Assembly (NCBI GenBank): GCA_040954595.2
Contig: CM082576.2
Location: 17,159,028 to 17,223,027, forward strand
DNA: 64,000 bases
Direction: 5' to 3'
DNA from: Balanoglossus misakiensis
Lineage: Eukaryota > Animalia > Hemichordata
The translations under genes and the position numbers were made by a program. This document shows positions 51,201-63,183 of the stretch, piece after piece; the first letter of the stretch is position 1, and every line of letters starts with the position of its first letter. The notes below the pieces were generated by a model that saw only the letters and a list, made by a program, of their open reading frames with translations, was not told the DNA's origin and did no database searches.

Positions 51201-54200
51201 ATGTCCAGAAACTGACACTTGTGGCAGTGTGATTTAAACATGATCTGGTGAGTTGAGGCTGGTGGCGACTTTTCCACAAACGTATGTTGATGCAACATGT
51301 AGCTTTGAAAAGTAGGCCTCAATATGCTTTAACCCTAACACTGCCAAGTCAGTTGAAACTGGTTTGATTTCCAGGGTGCCTAGAATCCTGGCTCCCAGGC
51401 CTGTCAGACTGCCAAGTGCATGTTATTCAGTAGGGCCTATACAAGACCCTCAGACCAATCAAACCACTGCGATTTTGTACATTTTACAGGGGGTTCAAAC
51501 TGCACCGTGTGTGTTAGTACATATGAGAGCCATGCCAAGACAGTCAAAATACGTTTAAGAAAAAATGGCAAATAAATATTTTGAGGGGCTTGACACGCTA
51601 AACAGGTACCCTTTCACCCCCAAGTTACCTGTTTAGAGATCCAATCTTACCATAGAAAAGAATGGGTTTGGACTGTACCATGGTGGTGAAAGGTTTAACA
51701 TGCAAAAGGAATACAGATAGATTTAGCGACAGGTTTGTAGCAAGCCCCAAGTGAAAACTGTACCTGCAGCATCACAAAGTATTGTAATAAACTAATGATT
51801 TGGGATAAAAATGACAAAACAATTGAATTTCGCAGAGGGGACTAGAACCTGTCCATCTTCAGTGTAGATGCAGCAGTTTTGTTGAGACATGGACATAGGA
51901 TAAGTAGTAGAGTTCGAAGATGAAGCAAGTCTCTTTGTCTATGATTTAAACAATCTTTATTGCCAACATTTTGACCACACATGTGGTCTTCTTCAGGGTC
52001 TAAAAATATAAAATCAACAAAAACAATAACCAAACTTCAATTCTGGACCAACCAATTGTACACCTATTTTAAATTCGGTGCACTTTGTAAAATTTATTCA
52101 CAGAAAGACCAGTTCAGAAATCAAATTGAACTCAAAATTATCAACAAACTAAACACCCAGTCTCTATATGGTATAAACAAAAAAAGATTGGTATAAATGT
52201 CAAACTGCTTGTCGCTCCCTAGGGATTCATTTTACTATTTGCTCACTTTATTACCAAGAAGTTCCCCTTTGTCTTTGTCATTTACTCTTTTAGCACCCGA
52301 AAGTACACTCTGCCTGACCAGTCAAGCTGTGTACGTTTTATTTTCACTTTCACCCACACCCCATTTTACAGTTCTTGGTTTTGTGAGACTTTTTATCCAC
52401 CCACACTAAACTTTCTGTGATAGCTATTTTCTCTTTCCATTCTGTTTATACACACATTTCATGTGGTTTTCAATTTATTTTTAAAACATTCCCCCTATAC
52501 AATTACATGTACGCTTCAACAGACTCTCAAACTACAACTCTATTAGTGAATTTACCCTGTTTTTGTTTTCGCTGATTTTATTCCAGACAATGTAGAAGAC
52601 CACCTGTGTGCAGTCGAAATGTGGGTGATATTAACATTTGACAAAAACAGACTTGCTTCATGTTCGAACTCTATACTTCTATAGGGACTTGGCCAACTTT
52701 TTTGAATGTGGCACTAAGGGCCAAAAAAATATGTGCTGTTCTCATTACATGGTTTTCAAAAATAGGGTAGGTAGGTAGGTAGGGGAAAAAATTATTTTGC
52801 AATTTTTTTTTATATCTTTGGCCGCTGTAGTGTAGAAGAATGATGTCATAGTTCTTGCATGATTCTCATGATTTTCATATTGTTTGAATATTTGACATTT
52901 TTTTTAACTTCTAGTTTAGGAAGCTCTAAAAATTGTAGGGTCGGCAGCTAAAATAAGGGTAGGTCAGGTAATCGGAACAGTACATATTTTTTCATTTGCA
53001 CCAGCAATGAGTGTATCAGACAATAGCAACAACTTACCTGAGAGAGCCGTACACTTGGAAATTATCTGGTGTAATTGTGACTTGAATATTAGGGTGGCTT
53101 GTATTTAACTCTTTGCCATCTCTCAGCCATGTCAAACTGACAGTACCGCTCGCACCACATTGGAATGTTACAGGGTTGTCTTGTCGAACTTGTCTCTTCG
53201 TTGGATGATATAAAAAACTTATTTCTGTCCATTGAAAAGAAGACATACAATAAACACATGTAGTATTTGTATAATTTTAGTTAAAGGGACAAAGTCTCTT
53301 TCTCTCGCTGCCCCTTTTCCATCAATAATGTTTGATACAAGGCATTGTCTATGTTAATTTACATGAGGATATATAGTGAATCAACGTTCAACAACACACA
53401 CCGTCCATCCTGCCTGTAGACACGAGAGTGAAAAAAATCGCCAAAATAAATAATCGGTCTTATTCATTTTGGTGACATTTTTACTCTCATATCCTACAAA
53501 CAGGATGGACGTTGTGTGTGGTCGAACATTAATTCACTATATATCCACATGTAGAAAAACATGAAGGGTGTCTTGTATCAAACGTAATTAATGGAAAAAG
53601 TGCAGTGAGACAGATACTTTGTCCCTTTAATTAGCTGAAAGGAAATTATTTGCCTTCTGTGATTATTTTACTTCAAATAGTCGGTCAGTCATACAAATGG
53701 ATTGATGAGTAATTATGAATTATGAAGAAAGGCTATGTACATGTATGCTTAAATCTATTGCAATTTCCACTTAAATAATTAAAAACGAAGAAATTATGCC
53801 ACAAAATGTGTAAGATTTACAAAATGAAGAAATCTATTTGTCTATGAAAGGTAAAATTATTTTTTAGTTTTGAACATTTTACGATTTTTTCAACCCATGT
53901 GGATATTTTCGGTAGAGGCAAATCCTTATGACAAAATCTGATCTACAGTCAAGTTAGCTCTGGACTTATACCCAAACAGCGCATAAGTCCAGAGCTACAG
54001 TCAAGTTTGCTGCAGTTTTGTCCTCTTGACAATTTTTGCCAAAACAAATATCGTCAAGGGGAGTCGTGGGGCTACAAGACTGCAGCAACAGTCAAGTTGA
54101 CATGCTTTTCGCATACTTGACTTATTTACGGGTTAAATCAGGCGATAACAACAATGTGATTATGATTCCGAGGCCTGTGTTCTTGGTATATTGTACATGT

Positions 54201-54682
54201 TGTATCGATTACGGTACATGTGTATTACTGTTTTGTTGCTTTGAAATGTTAATGAGCAATGCTTTCACTAAAAAAAACCACGCCGCAATCCCTGCCACAG
54301 CGAACTCGCCAGACCTGGAATGGGCGCGGTTCTATTTTTACAATACACTACAACAAGTGTATTACATTTTCTCAACTTTCGAAATGTTTCGGGATTGAAC
54401 TCACAGCAGGAAGATGGCGGCCCGGGTTCAAAGTGTATGTACTAGTATGTCTTCGTCCGAGTGACATAGCTACGCCCACATTGTTTATACAAGTAAAGTT
54501 GTTGGTATGCATTAATCATGTTAATCGAAACACGCCGCCCTTCACTTACAGTTATTTCACGTTGCACATAAACGGAAAACTTCGAATCAAACATAAGCCT
54601 AATACTTACCACAGACAGCTAGATCAAAACAAATAGCTACCAGTAAGATAGCGTACACCAATTTATCTCTGTCTGTTGACAT
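33233..54682 (-). CDS. TAM-like (Tyro3/Axl/Mer-type) receptor tyrosine kinase, 913 aa: signal peptide, 2 Ig, 2 FN3, TM, kinase
   Basis: 19 phase-consistent exons: 54682-54610, 53224-53038, 50940-50837, 48664-48467, 45183-45097, 44797-44682, 43896-43707, 43538-43390, 42663-42453, 42016-41851, 41527-41418, 40291-40196, 39724-39644, 38099-38010, 37756-37629, 36187-36078, 35373-35211, 34561-34425, 33578-33233. Motifs [67 protein letters not shown]-tail FYIN. Confidence 0.92.
34840..35197. mobile_element. TTAA-type MITE (agggacattagctgtaact...)
   Basis: Matches ~7903-8095 (reverse) and the split copy ~46792-47060 plus ~48333-48445. Confidence 0.65.
42290..42334 (+). ncRNA. Minimal type I hammerhead ribozyme (Penelope-like element type)
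   Basis: ctc-CTGATGA-gcgagtc(cagt)gactcac-GAAA-c(aacgtt)g-TA-gag: intact core, stem I ctc/gag, stem II with one C-A mismatch, palindromic loop 3, GUA cleavage triplet ending at 42331. Confidence 0.8.
47062..48332. mobile_element. ~1.27-kb element with ~300-bp imperfect TIRs nested in a MITE
   Basis: gaattcttttttccagcaacaaac..gttatctctaaaattgtaacaac..ttgcgcagttgaagtacgtgcgtgttgagagaga..gctctacgaagctcgtagttaccttct is mirrored at ~48060-48328. Confidence 0.8.
49733..50396 (+). mobile_element. Non-autonomous element with terminal long hairpin (CGAG/GCA type)
   Basis: Hairpin 49735-49920 with apex cgagccgcaggcgag and a CpG-rich body; aataat at both presumed ends. Confidence 0.6.
51893..52686 (+). 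mobile_element. 5'-truncated Penelope-like element with inverted terminal segments
   Basis: ~51893-52030 is the inverse of ~52560-52686, and each carries a decayed hammerhead (consensus ctgaagaagaccac..gtggtcgaaa). The interior encodes [22 protein letters not shown], resembling the end of a PLE GIY-YIG endonuclease (E..I..L.T..P.G.N). Confidence 0.65.
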
Positions 54683-55140
54683 TCCGCCCAGAACGAGTCA
54701 CACTCCGCGTACAACTACAAGCCTTGGTCACAGGGTACAAGCCCAAAGTTAGGATACTATTATTACAACAAACATCGGTCGATCAATCGATCGATACGAC
54801 CACAGTCGATCGGTGTCTTCTATACAATTGAGGGTGGTAATCCGCGAAATTTCAGCGATCCCGGTTTCTGCGTTGTACAAAACAATCTGCCATGCGACTG
54901 GACTTACGCAGCGTCCGGTCCGTACGTCCGGCCTGACAAGACGTACTGCGCTGTAGTGAGAAGGAGGCCCCTTGGCGTGTTAAAGTTTTCACAAGATCCG
55001 TGTGGTGTGAATGACAGACTACTTGAGGAGACGCTGTGTGATCGGTGAATGGGTTTTCCCTTTCATCACAGGTGGAAAAAAACAACTGGCGCGAAACTAC
55101 CCACGCTATGAATGACCGTCGCGTCCACCATCTACGGGTG
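54683..55140 (-). promoter_or_regulatory. Probable promoter/5' UTR region of the RTK
   Basis: CpG-dense stretch immediately upstream of the signal-peptide ATG (54682). No specific sites assigned. Confidence 0.4.
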
Positions 55141-55559
55141 TATGACCCTGCATGTTATGGCCAAGTGCTCAACTCAATTTGCATAATTTATTCAATAAAG
55201 TTAATGTTTTCCCAAGTGGCATGCGAGAGGTCACTGCACTGCACTGCAGGTCAGCGTGGTGTGGTATTACAAAGGTCACAGGTTGGGCCTACATGAGTTA
55301 CCATGGCATGGCCCTGGACACTGTGTTATTTCCCAGCCATAGATTTGTTTCTTTTTGTTATGTAAATGACTTTTGGTTTTGTTTTGTCTATTTCTATGGC
55401 AAATAAAGATTTATTTATTATTTATTTTATTTATTTTCACTTTCTGGTCACGCGACAATTTCCATGATTTATGGAAAGAATTAAGATTTTATCTCCTCTA
55501 ATTCTCAACAAAACAAAACGTAGAGGAGTCTCCATTCTTTTTTTAAATACGAAATTGGG

Positions 55560-56960
55560 TAGTTTAGTCTCATGCCACACGTCATTGGGATGATATGATA
55601 ATGATAAACGATATCAGAAAGTTGTTTGTATAAAATTGCCAGTGTGGTAACTTGGAGCTTTCAATTTTAATTTATACGCTCCTAATCTGGCCATGGACTT
55701 TTTTCATTAATTATCATGGTTTGCAGAAAAAGACTCAATTTTACTTGTTTTGAGTGGAGATTTGAATACTGTAGGCCTAGTCGACCTTGACTGGGCCAGT
55801 AAAAGGCGGACTCGATTATCCTGGACGAGACTCTCATTAAGTACATTTGATTTTTTTATGCTTGGCGTGCCCTAAATCCGGCTACCACACATTTTACCTG
55901 GCACCAAATTTCTTCGCCAATGTTCTGTCGCCTTGACTTTATTTTTTTTTTTTTTGCTGTCAAAACGGTTCTGCTTCATAAAACTTTCAAGGCCGATATT
56001 AGACCCTGTTCCCTCTTTGATCACCAAGCAGCGTTGATCAAAATGCGTGTCGTTCTTTGTAAAAGAGGACCAGGCATCTTCCTCCTAAATGTTTCAGTGT
56101 TGAATGCATGATGAAAATTTTATCGATTGGTTGAAAAGAATAGTTGCTTCTTCTATAATAGCATGAATATGCGTATACGAAAATTTCTAAAATTGTATTA
56201 TGGGATCGTATTAAAATATGTATTAGAGAATCAATTTGCTTCTGCCGAGACCTTGCTAAGGAGAGACGTGAAAACGATATAGATTGATCTGGAACAGTGT
56301 CTTCTGCAACTTGAAAACGTTACTGACGATTCTCTGAATCCAGCTATTATTTCCCATGTATAACAGCATGCGCAGATCTACAAGTTGCATGAAGATCACA
56401 TGGAAGGCCCTGCAGTAGAGTAAGAGCCAAAACCAATTGGTCTACTAACAAACAGGGTATAAAACTTACTAAGTTCTTTCTCAATCTTGAAAGAAAACAT
56501 TGGCAAAATAACAAATTAGACGAATTGTGGAGAATTGTACCTTTACTTTGACACTTAATATTCTCAACCACTGGTCTGTTACTGAGTAACATATATTTTA
56601 GTGATCTGTAGGCCTATGCTTCAAGCAATCTTTACGACCATGATATTGCTGGCTATTATCAAATCGATTAACCCCGAAAAATGTCCTTAATAAAAACGAA
56701 AAACGCAGAATGGATATGGACTAAACTTTTACCGAGTGCACCCCTGGTCCTGATGGTTTCCCCCGTCGAATTTTACAAAAAAAATGACGGAATTCCATTG
56801 GCCCTCTTGAATTGTTTATGTTTCAAAGAAGGTTTAAAGAATGGCATCCTTTCTCCTTCTCAAATACAAGCTGCAGTCTGACTAACTTACCAAAAGGACG
56901 ATCGCAACGATCTTTTCAATTTAGATATTAAATGTATTTTTAAAGATATTTGACACTTTG
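55560..56960 (+). mobile_element. Degenerate L1/Tx1-clade ORF2 (AP endonuclease to RT start)
   Basis: Broken motifs in the expected order: NLYAPN, SGDLN, CRLDFIF, FDH, RGPGIFLLN, WDRIK, KFFLNLE, PGPDG/FPVEFYK. Confidence 0.75.
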
Positions 56961-57499
56961 GTGTATAGGCCTATACAAATTATGGCTTATGGATCGTGCT
57001 GGTTTGAAAGATAATTATGAAAATATGGAACGAGTGCAATTTTTTGCTTGTCGACGGCGCTTTTTAGGGGTATTTAGCAAGCCCCCAATATTGCTGTGTT
57101 ATGAGAGTGTGGGATACTCGGCCTAAGTCCAGATTCCTTTTTGTGTCTTCATCAAAATTGTCCTATTCTCAGCTTAGGCGAAGAACAATAGTGTCAGTTT
57201 GTATACATATACCCCACGCGGGCCGTTCGATATGCTTTAAAAGTGATTCTGTATTTTGTGGGTAGAGCTCAAATTTCGTCCAGCCTGTACTACAGGTCTC
57301 GTCTTGTACGTCCATATGGTCGGTCCTTTTTGAAATAAAGTCATCGGCGTTAAAATCTACTCTACACTCGTTCTGTCTCCTTACAACATGTCAACTTACC
57401 GACATCCCGACTGGACGCACGAATGTCGGCCTCGCTTTAGGTCGGCCCTGAACCCCCTTCCCACCGGGACCAAACGGAGCAATGGGGAAAATCAATAGA

Positions 57500-58250
57500 A
57501 AGCATTCCTTGTTTGCGGAGGTATAGTTAAATCAGGTTATGAATCAAACAAATTTGCACTTTTCAAGCGCTTTAGAAAAATGTAGGCCTCAGTTTTGAGA
57601 GTTGCAAAAAGAGATTATTTTCCCTCACTCTTCTGGGAAAATCATAACATAAAACCAACCTGGAACATCATTAATAATGATATACTTAGTTTTTAATACA
57701 ATTTTTACAAGTTTCGGTCCAAGTTTAGCAATTCAACATTCAAACTTCTCATTCATCGTATTCAGATTTTCTGCCATTGCTCTCAAACTCCTCCGTTTTT
57801 GTTCCCGACAACAGATATTGAAGTTCTGAATCTTACGAAAGGACCTGACACAAAAAAGGCGTCTGGTTTAATATATGACAACATTTCTTCTAAACATTGA
57901 ATTAATGGGGGTTATACCATGCAAATCTCCTCTGTTACCGTCATTTAGAAACTCCCAAATTCCGGACGCTCTCAAAACAGCTCGAGTAGTGCCGATTTTA
58001 AGAAGGCTGCAAGAGAGACGCGCCCGCGGGAATTATCGTGACGTCCCATTTCTTATAAGCAACATTTTAGAGAAGACTTTACACAGTCGGATGATGAAAT
58101 ATCTGAATAAGCAAACCCTTTTTGAAAATTTGGCCTAAGCATCAGTTTAGTTTTCGAGAGAAATAGTTCTAAGTGGCTTGACAAGGAAAATAGTACACTT
58201 AGAATGTTCATAGATTTGCTAAGTCACATGAGACACAGTCTGTCTATCTT
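57500..58250 (+). mobile_element. Degenerate CR1/L2-like LINE RT fragment
   Basis: IPDALKTARVVPI..GNYR....ISNILEK..RMMKYL..HQFSFR matches the start of a LINE RT domain. Confidence 0.7.
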
Positions 58251-58530
58251 GCTCAATTGAAGAAAAAGATTGAAAGGCTTTAAGCCGAGAATGCTTCAGT
58301 CCTGATGAAACTGACAGCAGATGTTGCCCGGAAATGCTAGGATAAAACATAGGGGGTCAAACATTAAATGGGGCTAGCATGGGTTTCAGTCCTGCCGGGT
58401 AGGGTCAGCCGCTACAACGATTGCAGTTGGACCCCGCCGGAAAAATACATGAGGTATAGGGCAAATTAGTCTAGCATCTAGCCGTGTTTTGTCCGCCATG
58501 CTTCCAAAGCGGACAAAATACGGCTTGATA

Positions 58531-58627
58531 CCAATCTGATTAAAATCAGATGTAGGGAACGGCGACGTGTTTTTTATGCATAAAAAACCACGTCGCCGTT
58601 CCCTACATCTGATTTTAATCAGATTGG
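58531..58627. repeat. 97-bp near-perfect spacerless palindrome
   Basis: ccaatctgattaaaatcagatgtagggaacggcgacgtgttttttatg|cataaaaaaccacgtcgccgttccctacatctgattttaatcagattgg, with a single 1-nt bulge. Confidence 0.9.
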
Positions 58628-58895
58628 GTTAAAACTTGCATATACACTCATATTTAGGGTTCATAATGCTTGTGTATAAGTTCACTGCCTTCATCTGCAT
58701 GGACTAATGGTAGTACAGTTTGAAACAAAAATTATGATAATTATCCCAAAAGTTGCAGCTTATGTGCCTTTAAAGTAGTCTCCCCTCCTCCCTCCCTCCC
58801 CGGCCCTCTCTCCTACACCGTCTCATGCACGCTATCTCTCTCTATCTCTTACTGATGATTTGAACTTAAAAGCTCTCTCCCTCTCCTCTCTTTAA

Positions 58896-61800
58896 CTAAA
58901 ACATTCCCTCTAACTCGCGCATATCCACAAGAGCCCTGATGAACACCACACCCCCTTTCATATATTTTTCTCTGTTGATATCGAAGACATCGTAGAGGTT
59001 GGCAAAGAGAGGCGACCCGAACGGCACATTCATGTCGTCAACAGGTTCGGAGAAAGCAGCCGAGGACAGGTGGTCGCCTGGGCGAATGATGTCATCGATG
59101 TGGTGATCCATTCCACTCTGGTCCCATAAGGTCAATCTGACCTATAGCGGAGTAAGAAAAAAATGAAAACAATGTAAATCTTACTGTACATTAGAACTTT
59201 TCTACTTCGTTTGATTGCAAGTTCGATACAGAAAACGTTTAGAAAGACGTGCGTTTGTGTATACATGGCATGGCCATTCTGTGTGATTAGTTTTTACATA
59301 ATTATACTTCTTTTATTCGTGCATAGAGCTACCCCATTCATTTTTATAATCTGGAGAATAATGCAAATTCTCTTTTTTGATTAACATTTTTCTAGTTTTG
59401 TTTCATTATTACAGTAGATTGTTTTCTTCACAAAATCTTGCTTTGGACTTTTGAAAAGCCCCAACTCACATTGCGACGAAATGGCCATTGTTGTAAGGGG
59501 TCGCACTCCCCTTTCATGACGACGAGGAAAAGTGACAGATGACTTCCGTCTCCGATATCGTAGCCGTTCAAGTGGAGCTTCAGACAAAGTTTAGGGCCGT
59601 GTCTGCCTGCGTAGAATGGTGGCGAATACAACACCTCTTCCCCGCCGCTGATGGCGTGCATTCGTCTCAGGTCGAATTTGTCGATGCGCCACAAGAAGGT
59701 ACCGTTGTAAGTCGTCTCTTCGACGTCCCGTAGTCTTCGGTCCAGGCCCTCCATACGTCTGTGCTGGTCTTTCACCATGCGCAGCAACGCCGTTTTCTGT
59801 TCTTCAAATGTCGCCGCCTTCCGATCGAATGTTTCCCGAAGCTCGTTCGTCTCTCGAGACAGCTCTTCGAAGTTTTCTTGCAGCTCATTCACCTGTCGTT
59901 TCGCTTTCTCCGCCGCGTTCCTCGATTCGTTCCGTTCTGCCTCGAGGTCGTGAATCTTCGCTTTCATTTCGCGCAGCATGATGTCACTGACGGCGCTCTG
60001 GTTGGCGACCTCGTCCAGTTTTCTCTTGAACGAGGCGGCGACCGACGCATCGACCTTCAGCTTGCTTTCGACTTCCCCGACCCTGGCGTCTAGATCTGCC
60101 AATTTCCTAACCAGTGCCTCCCCTTCCAGCTCCGGCAGACCTGCTGGGTTCGCCTTCACCAATTTATTCAACACATCAACAATCTCGCCTATGATTTTCT
60201 TTTCTTCCGCAGCAATCTCGTGTTGCACCTGTGTCGTTTCAAATAAGTAAGGGACTGCTCAATTTTATTCGGCCTGGGGGCGGTGGATTCTATTTTGTGG
60301 ATATCAAAAAGTGACTGACCCCACTGACCCCCCCCCCTTGAACATGGACAAGTGAGTGACCACCCCCCCCCCATCACCCGATTCATCCAAAACAAGGTGC
60401 CCTCCCCATGAATCCACCGCCCCCCCCCCCGGTCGAAGAAATTGACCCGTCCCTTAGACAAAGAGTTAAAACTTCATCACCATCAGTTTTTGTGGCCGCA
60501 GCTTGATATTTACACATGCGCAGTGCATATATGTCACAGTCAACGAAGCGAACGTGGTTGGCAAGAGGAGAGGCGCATGAACGAAAGTAAATCAAACAAA
60601 ATGCAACAACTGCAGTGATATATGTCTACCCCGCCCATCTTTCTCCACGAAACATTTTATTTCAACAGTTTTATTTAGTGACCCTTCCTTTGTATGGTTG
60701 ATCATGAGTGTCTATAGTATTACCTTGATCGACTGTTTGGCTTCTTGGTGGATGAGGCGAACATTTTCGTGTAAAACACAAATGTGGAGCTGAAATGACA
60801 AAATAGAAACAAATCGTCTGTCATTTTCTCCGGTGCCTTGCTCGCAGCCAAGAAAATTGGGGTGCGATCATTAGTACCGTTTTGGCTCAGAAAAATTTCT
60901 CTTACATTTTGATTTGACCATTAAAAAGAGTGAGGCCGATATAGACGCAGATTTCTATTTCAGACGGACCGAGCCTAACTAATTTGCCCGTGCTACAAGT
61001 ATATGGCTGAATATCTAGAATGCGCCTCGAAAATCAGAGTCACTTAAACATTTTCTCATATTTTACCCATACAACTTTAGATAATTTCCTCTTAAAATTG
61101 TGACTAAACTTAATTAACTGTGCGAACTTTAATTGGAAAGATGGAGCAAAATTGCTTGCATTTTGACATTGAAAATGAACGCACATCTCTGTGTAGGCCT
61201 AAATCGTAGACAACATTAAGTATGATCATTCATATTTCTTCTTTGATGGTGCTTACCTCGAGTTCTCTTTTCGACATCTGCGCTTTGCACCGTTCGCATT
61301 TTTTCACAGCCTCCATGCAATCGCTCTCCAGATGTTCCACCAAATCACATCGCCTGATCTCCTCGTCACATCCCGACTTAAAGCACGTGATTACATCCCT
61401 TCCCACGTCATCATCGGTGGACGAGGCCTAGCGAGGACGCATCGCGAAGAAGAAACAAAAATCATTCAACAACGTACGATGTGACCTGAACAGTCTGACC
61501 TCAAACAACAGAAATGCTTTCAGTGGTTTTGAGCTCGTATACCATTGCCTAACAACTCGTTAAAAGTATGAATATCTAAGCATATGAAATTACTTTTTTC
61601 GCATTCAACGCGAAGAATAGGGTTATCGTCAACGCAATAAAGAGCTTTTACATTCCTATAGTGCTGACGCTGGCTGCAAATTTCTGCGTATATAGCACAG
61701 CCATGGGTGGAAATGGGAAAGGAAGACGATGTACTTTTAAAAAGTTCACCTGGTCGGGGCCGTCTGCTTCAGTTGGTTTATCGTCATGATTCTGACCGCC

Positions 61801-62329
61801 AGATCCACACCCCAATGGGCAGCGCAGTTCGCCGTTGACCTGAACACTGGTAAAGGAAATTGATCGTTGTTTAATCTCCCTAAACGCACAGGCTGGGAAA
61901 TAAAATGCGGGTTAGGCATATAAAGCATTTATTTCTATGTTGTCTTTCAGCTGTCGTCATCCGCCTCTCCCATAAGGTTTATGTAGTGTTTTCCTTTGAC
62001 AATATCTAAACCCAAAACGTTTGTTTTTAAAATCTCTGAGATTGTTTTCTTTCTTTTCCTATAAATTTGCTAAATGTAAAACATATTCGATAGTAACAAT
62101 TCTTTGAGAAGTTTGCCATCACTATATAGTTGTCTGTAGATTATTGCAATTTAAACCTGAAACATTACTCTCCTCCCGGCTATAGTTACACTTACCCATC
62201 GATGCAGGTATTACATAAGTAATGACTACCGCACGATGCCAAACGCATAAAAGAATAATCCACGAAAGTGTTATCACATTTATGACAACGCCACCTATCG
62301 ACGACATCGCGTTCTTCTCGAGAAGTCAT
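58896..62329 (-). CDS. TRAF: TNF receptor-associated factor (RING, zinc finger, coiled coil, MATH/TRAF-C), ~490 aa
   Basis: Exons 62329-62196, 61846-61750, 61427-61257, 60789-60724, 60228-59470, 59141-58896. RING CHKC..CGSHYLCNTC..CPLGC; ZnF CFKSGC..LVEHLESDC; MATH TYNGTFLWRI, LYSPPFY, KLCLKLHLNG, HLSLFLVVMKGECD...WPF, VRLTLWDQ, FGSPLF, VFIRALVD. Start codon tentative (acceptor at 62355). Confidence 0.9.
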
Positions 62330-62400
62330 GCTTATTCTGGTCGGTCGATGTTGATCTGCGGGAGATGAAAGTAACAAGATTTGCTATTCATGAACTGGTA

Positions 62401-62492
62401 TAGACTCTCTCACAGCCCACGATTCGCCGGCACATGCCATCAGTCCATAAGCCTGCATGGCCGGACGACGAGAGGGGCTGTGAGAGAGTCTA
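62401..62492. mobile_element. 92-bp mini-element with TAG..CTA ends and 9-bp TSD
   Basis: gaactggta|tagactctctcacagccc ... gggctgtgagagagtcta|gaactggta. Confidence 0.8.
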
Positions 62493-62839
62493 GAACTGGT
62501 AGTCTAAACACCCTCCGCTAGACGACAGTTTAGAAGTGCAAAAAATGCAACAAAGAATTTTATCCTTGAAACTTGTTACACGTACACATCGGCACCCCCA
62601 AATTAGACCCACTCTAAAGCCAGGTGTGAACATAGTGTTCTCAGGCTGTGTTCTGGAAATGTAATGGGTATGGTATAGTGGGTTGGTAGGGGTTTGAGCG
62701 GAACTTCCGTCCCCCGAGGGCGCGCTCCTCTGGGAGTGAAAGGGAGCGACCTCAAACGACGGATTTGCCAACCCCGATGTAACGATTAGACTAGTCTCGG
62801 TTACCCAGACTCCTTCGCGCGGGCAGAGAAGAGAGTCTG

Positions 62840-63183
62840 GGGACACGCCAGCAAAGCGACTGTAGAGCAAGATGGCGACTGCTGGAATTCCACTCAGGAT
62901 CTGATTGGCTAGTTCCCAATTTGACCCGGGTCACTAGCTAGCATTGCTGAGTGATTGAGATCCTCCAATGATCTTTTCTCTGAGCTGCTCACACGAAAAC
63001 ACGTTCTTTTGCCATCTTTGAATTTTCTGCCTACACTAACGACAGATCTATGTGTTAAAATTACGTGTTTCGCCGCTGAGGCTAGCTAGTGACCCGGGTC
63101 AAATTGGGAACTAGCCAATCAGATCCTGAGTGGAATTCCAGCAGTCGCCATCTTGCTTTACAGTCGCTTTGCTGCCATGTCCC
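62840..63183. mobile_element. Inverted-repeat element (~100-bp near-perfect TIRs)
   Basis: cagcaaagcgactgtagagcaagatggcgactgctggaattccactcaggatctgattggctagttcccaatttgacccgggtcactagctagc is mirrored at 63081-63175; flanked by two tagtctcggttacccaga repeats (62792, 63184). Confidence 0.8.

Noticed and set aside
33233-54682. Calling the RTK MET/RON because of KWMA
   Set aside because: No Sema, PSI or IPT exons; the ectodomain is Ig-Ig-FN3-FN3.
58296-58345. Third hammerhead (ctgatga..gaaa..ta)
   Set aside because: Stems I and II do not pair convincingly; at best a decayed remnant. The same applies to ctgatgaagtccac at ~25458.
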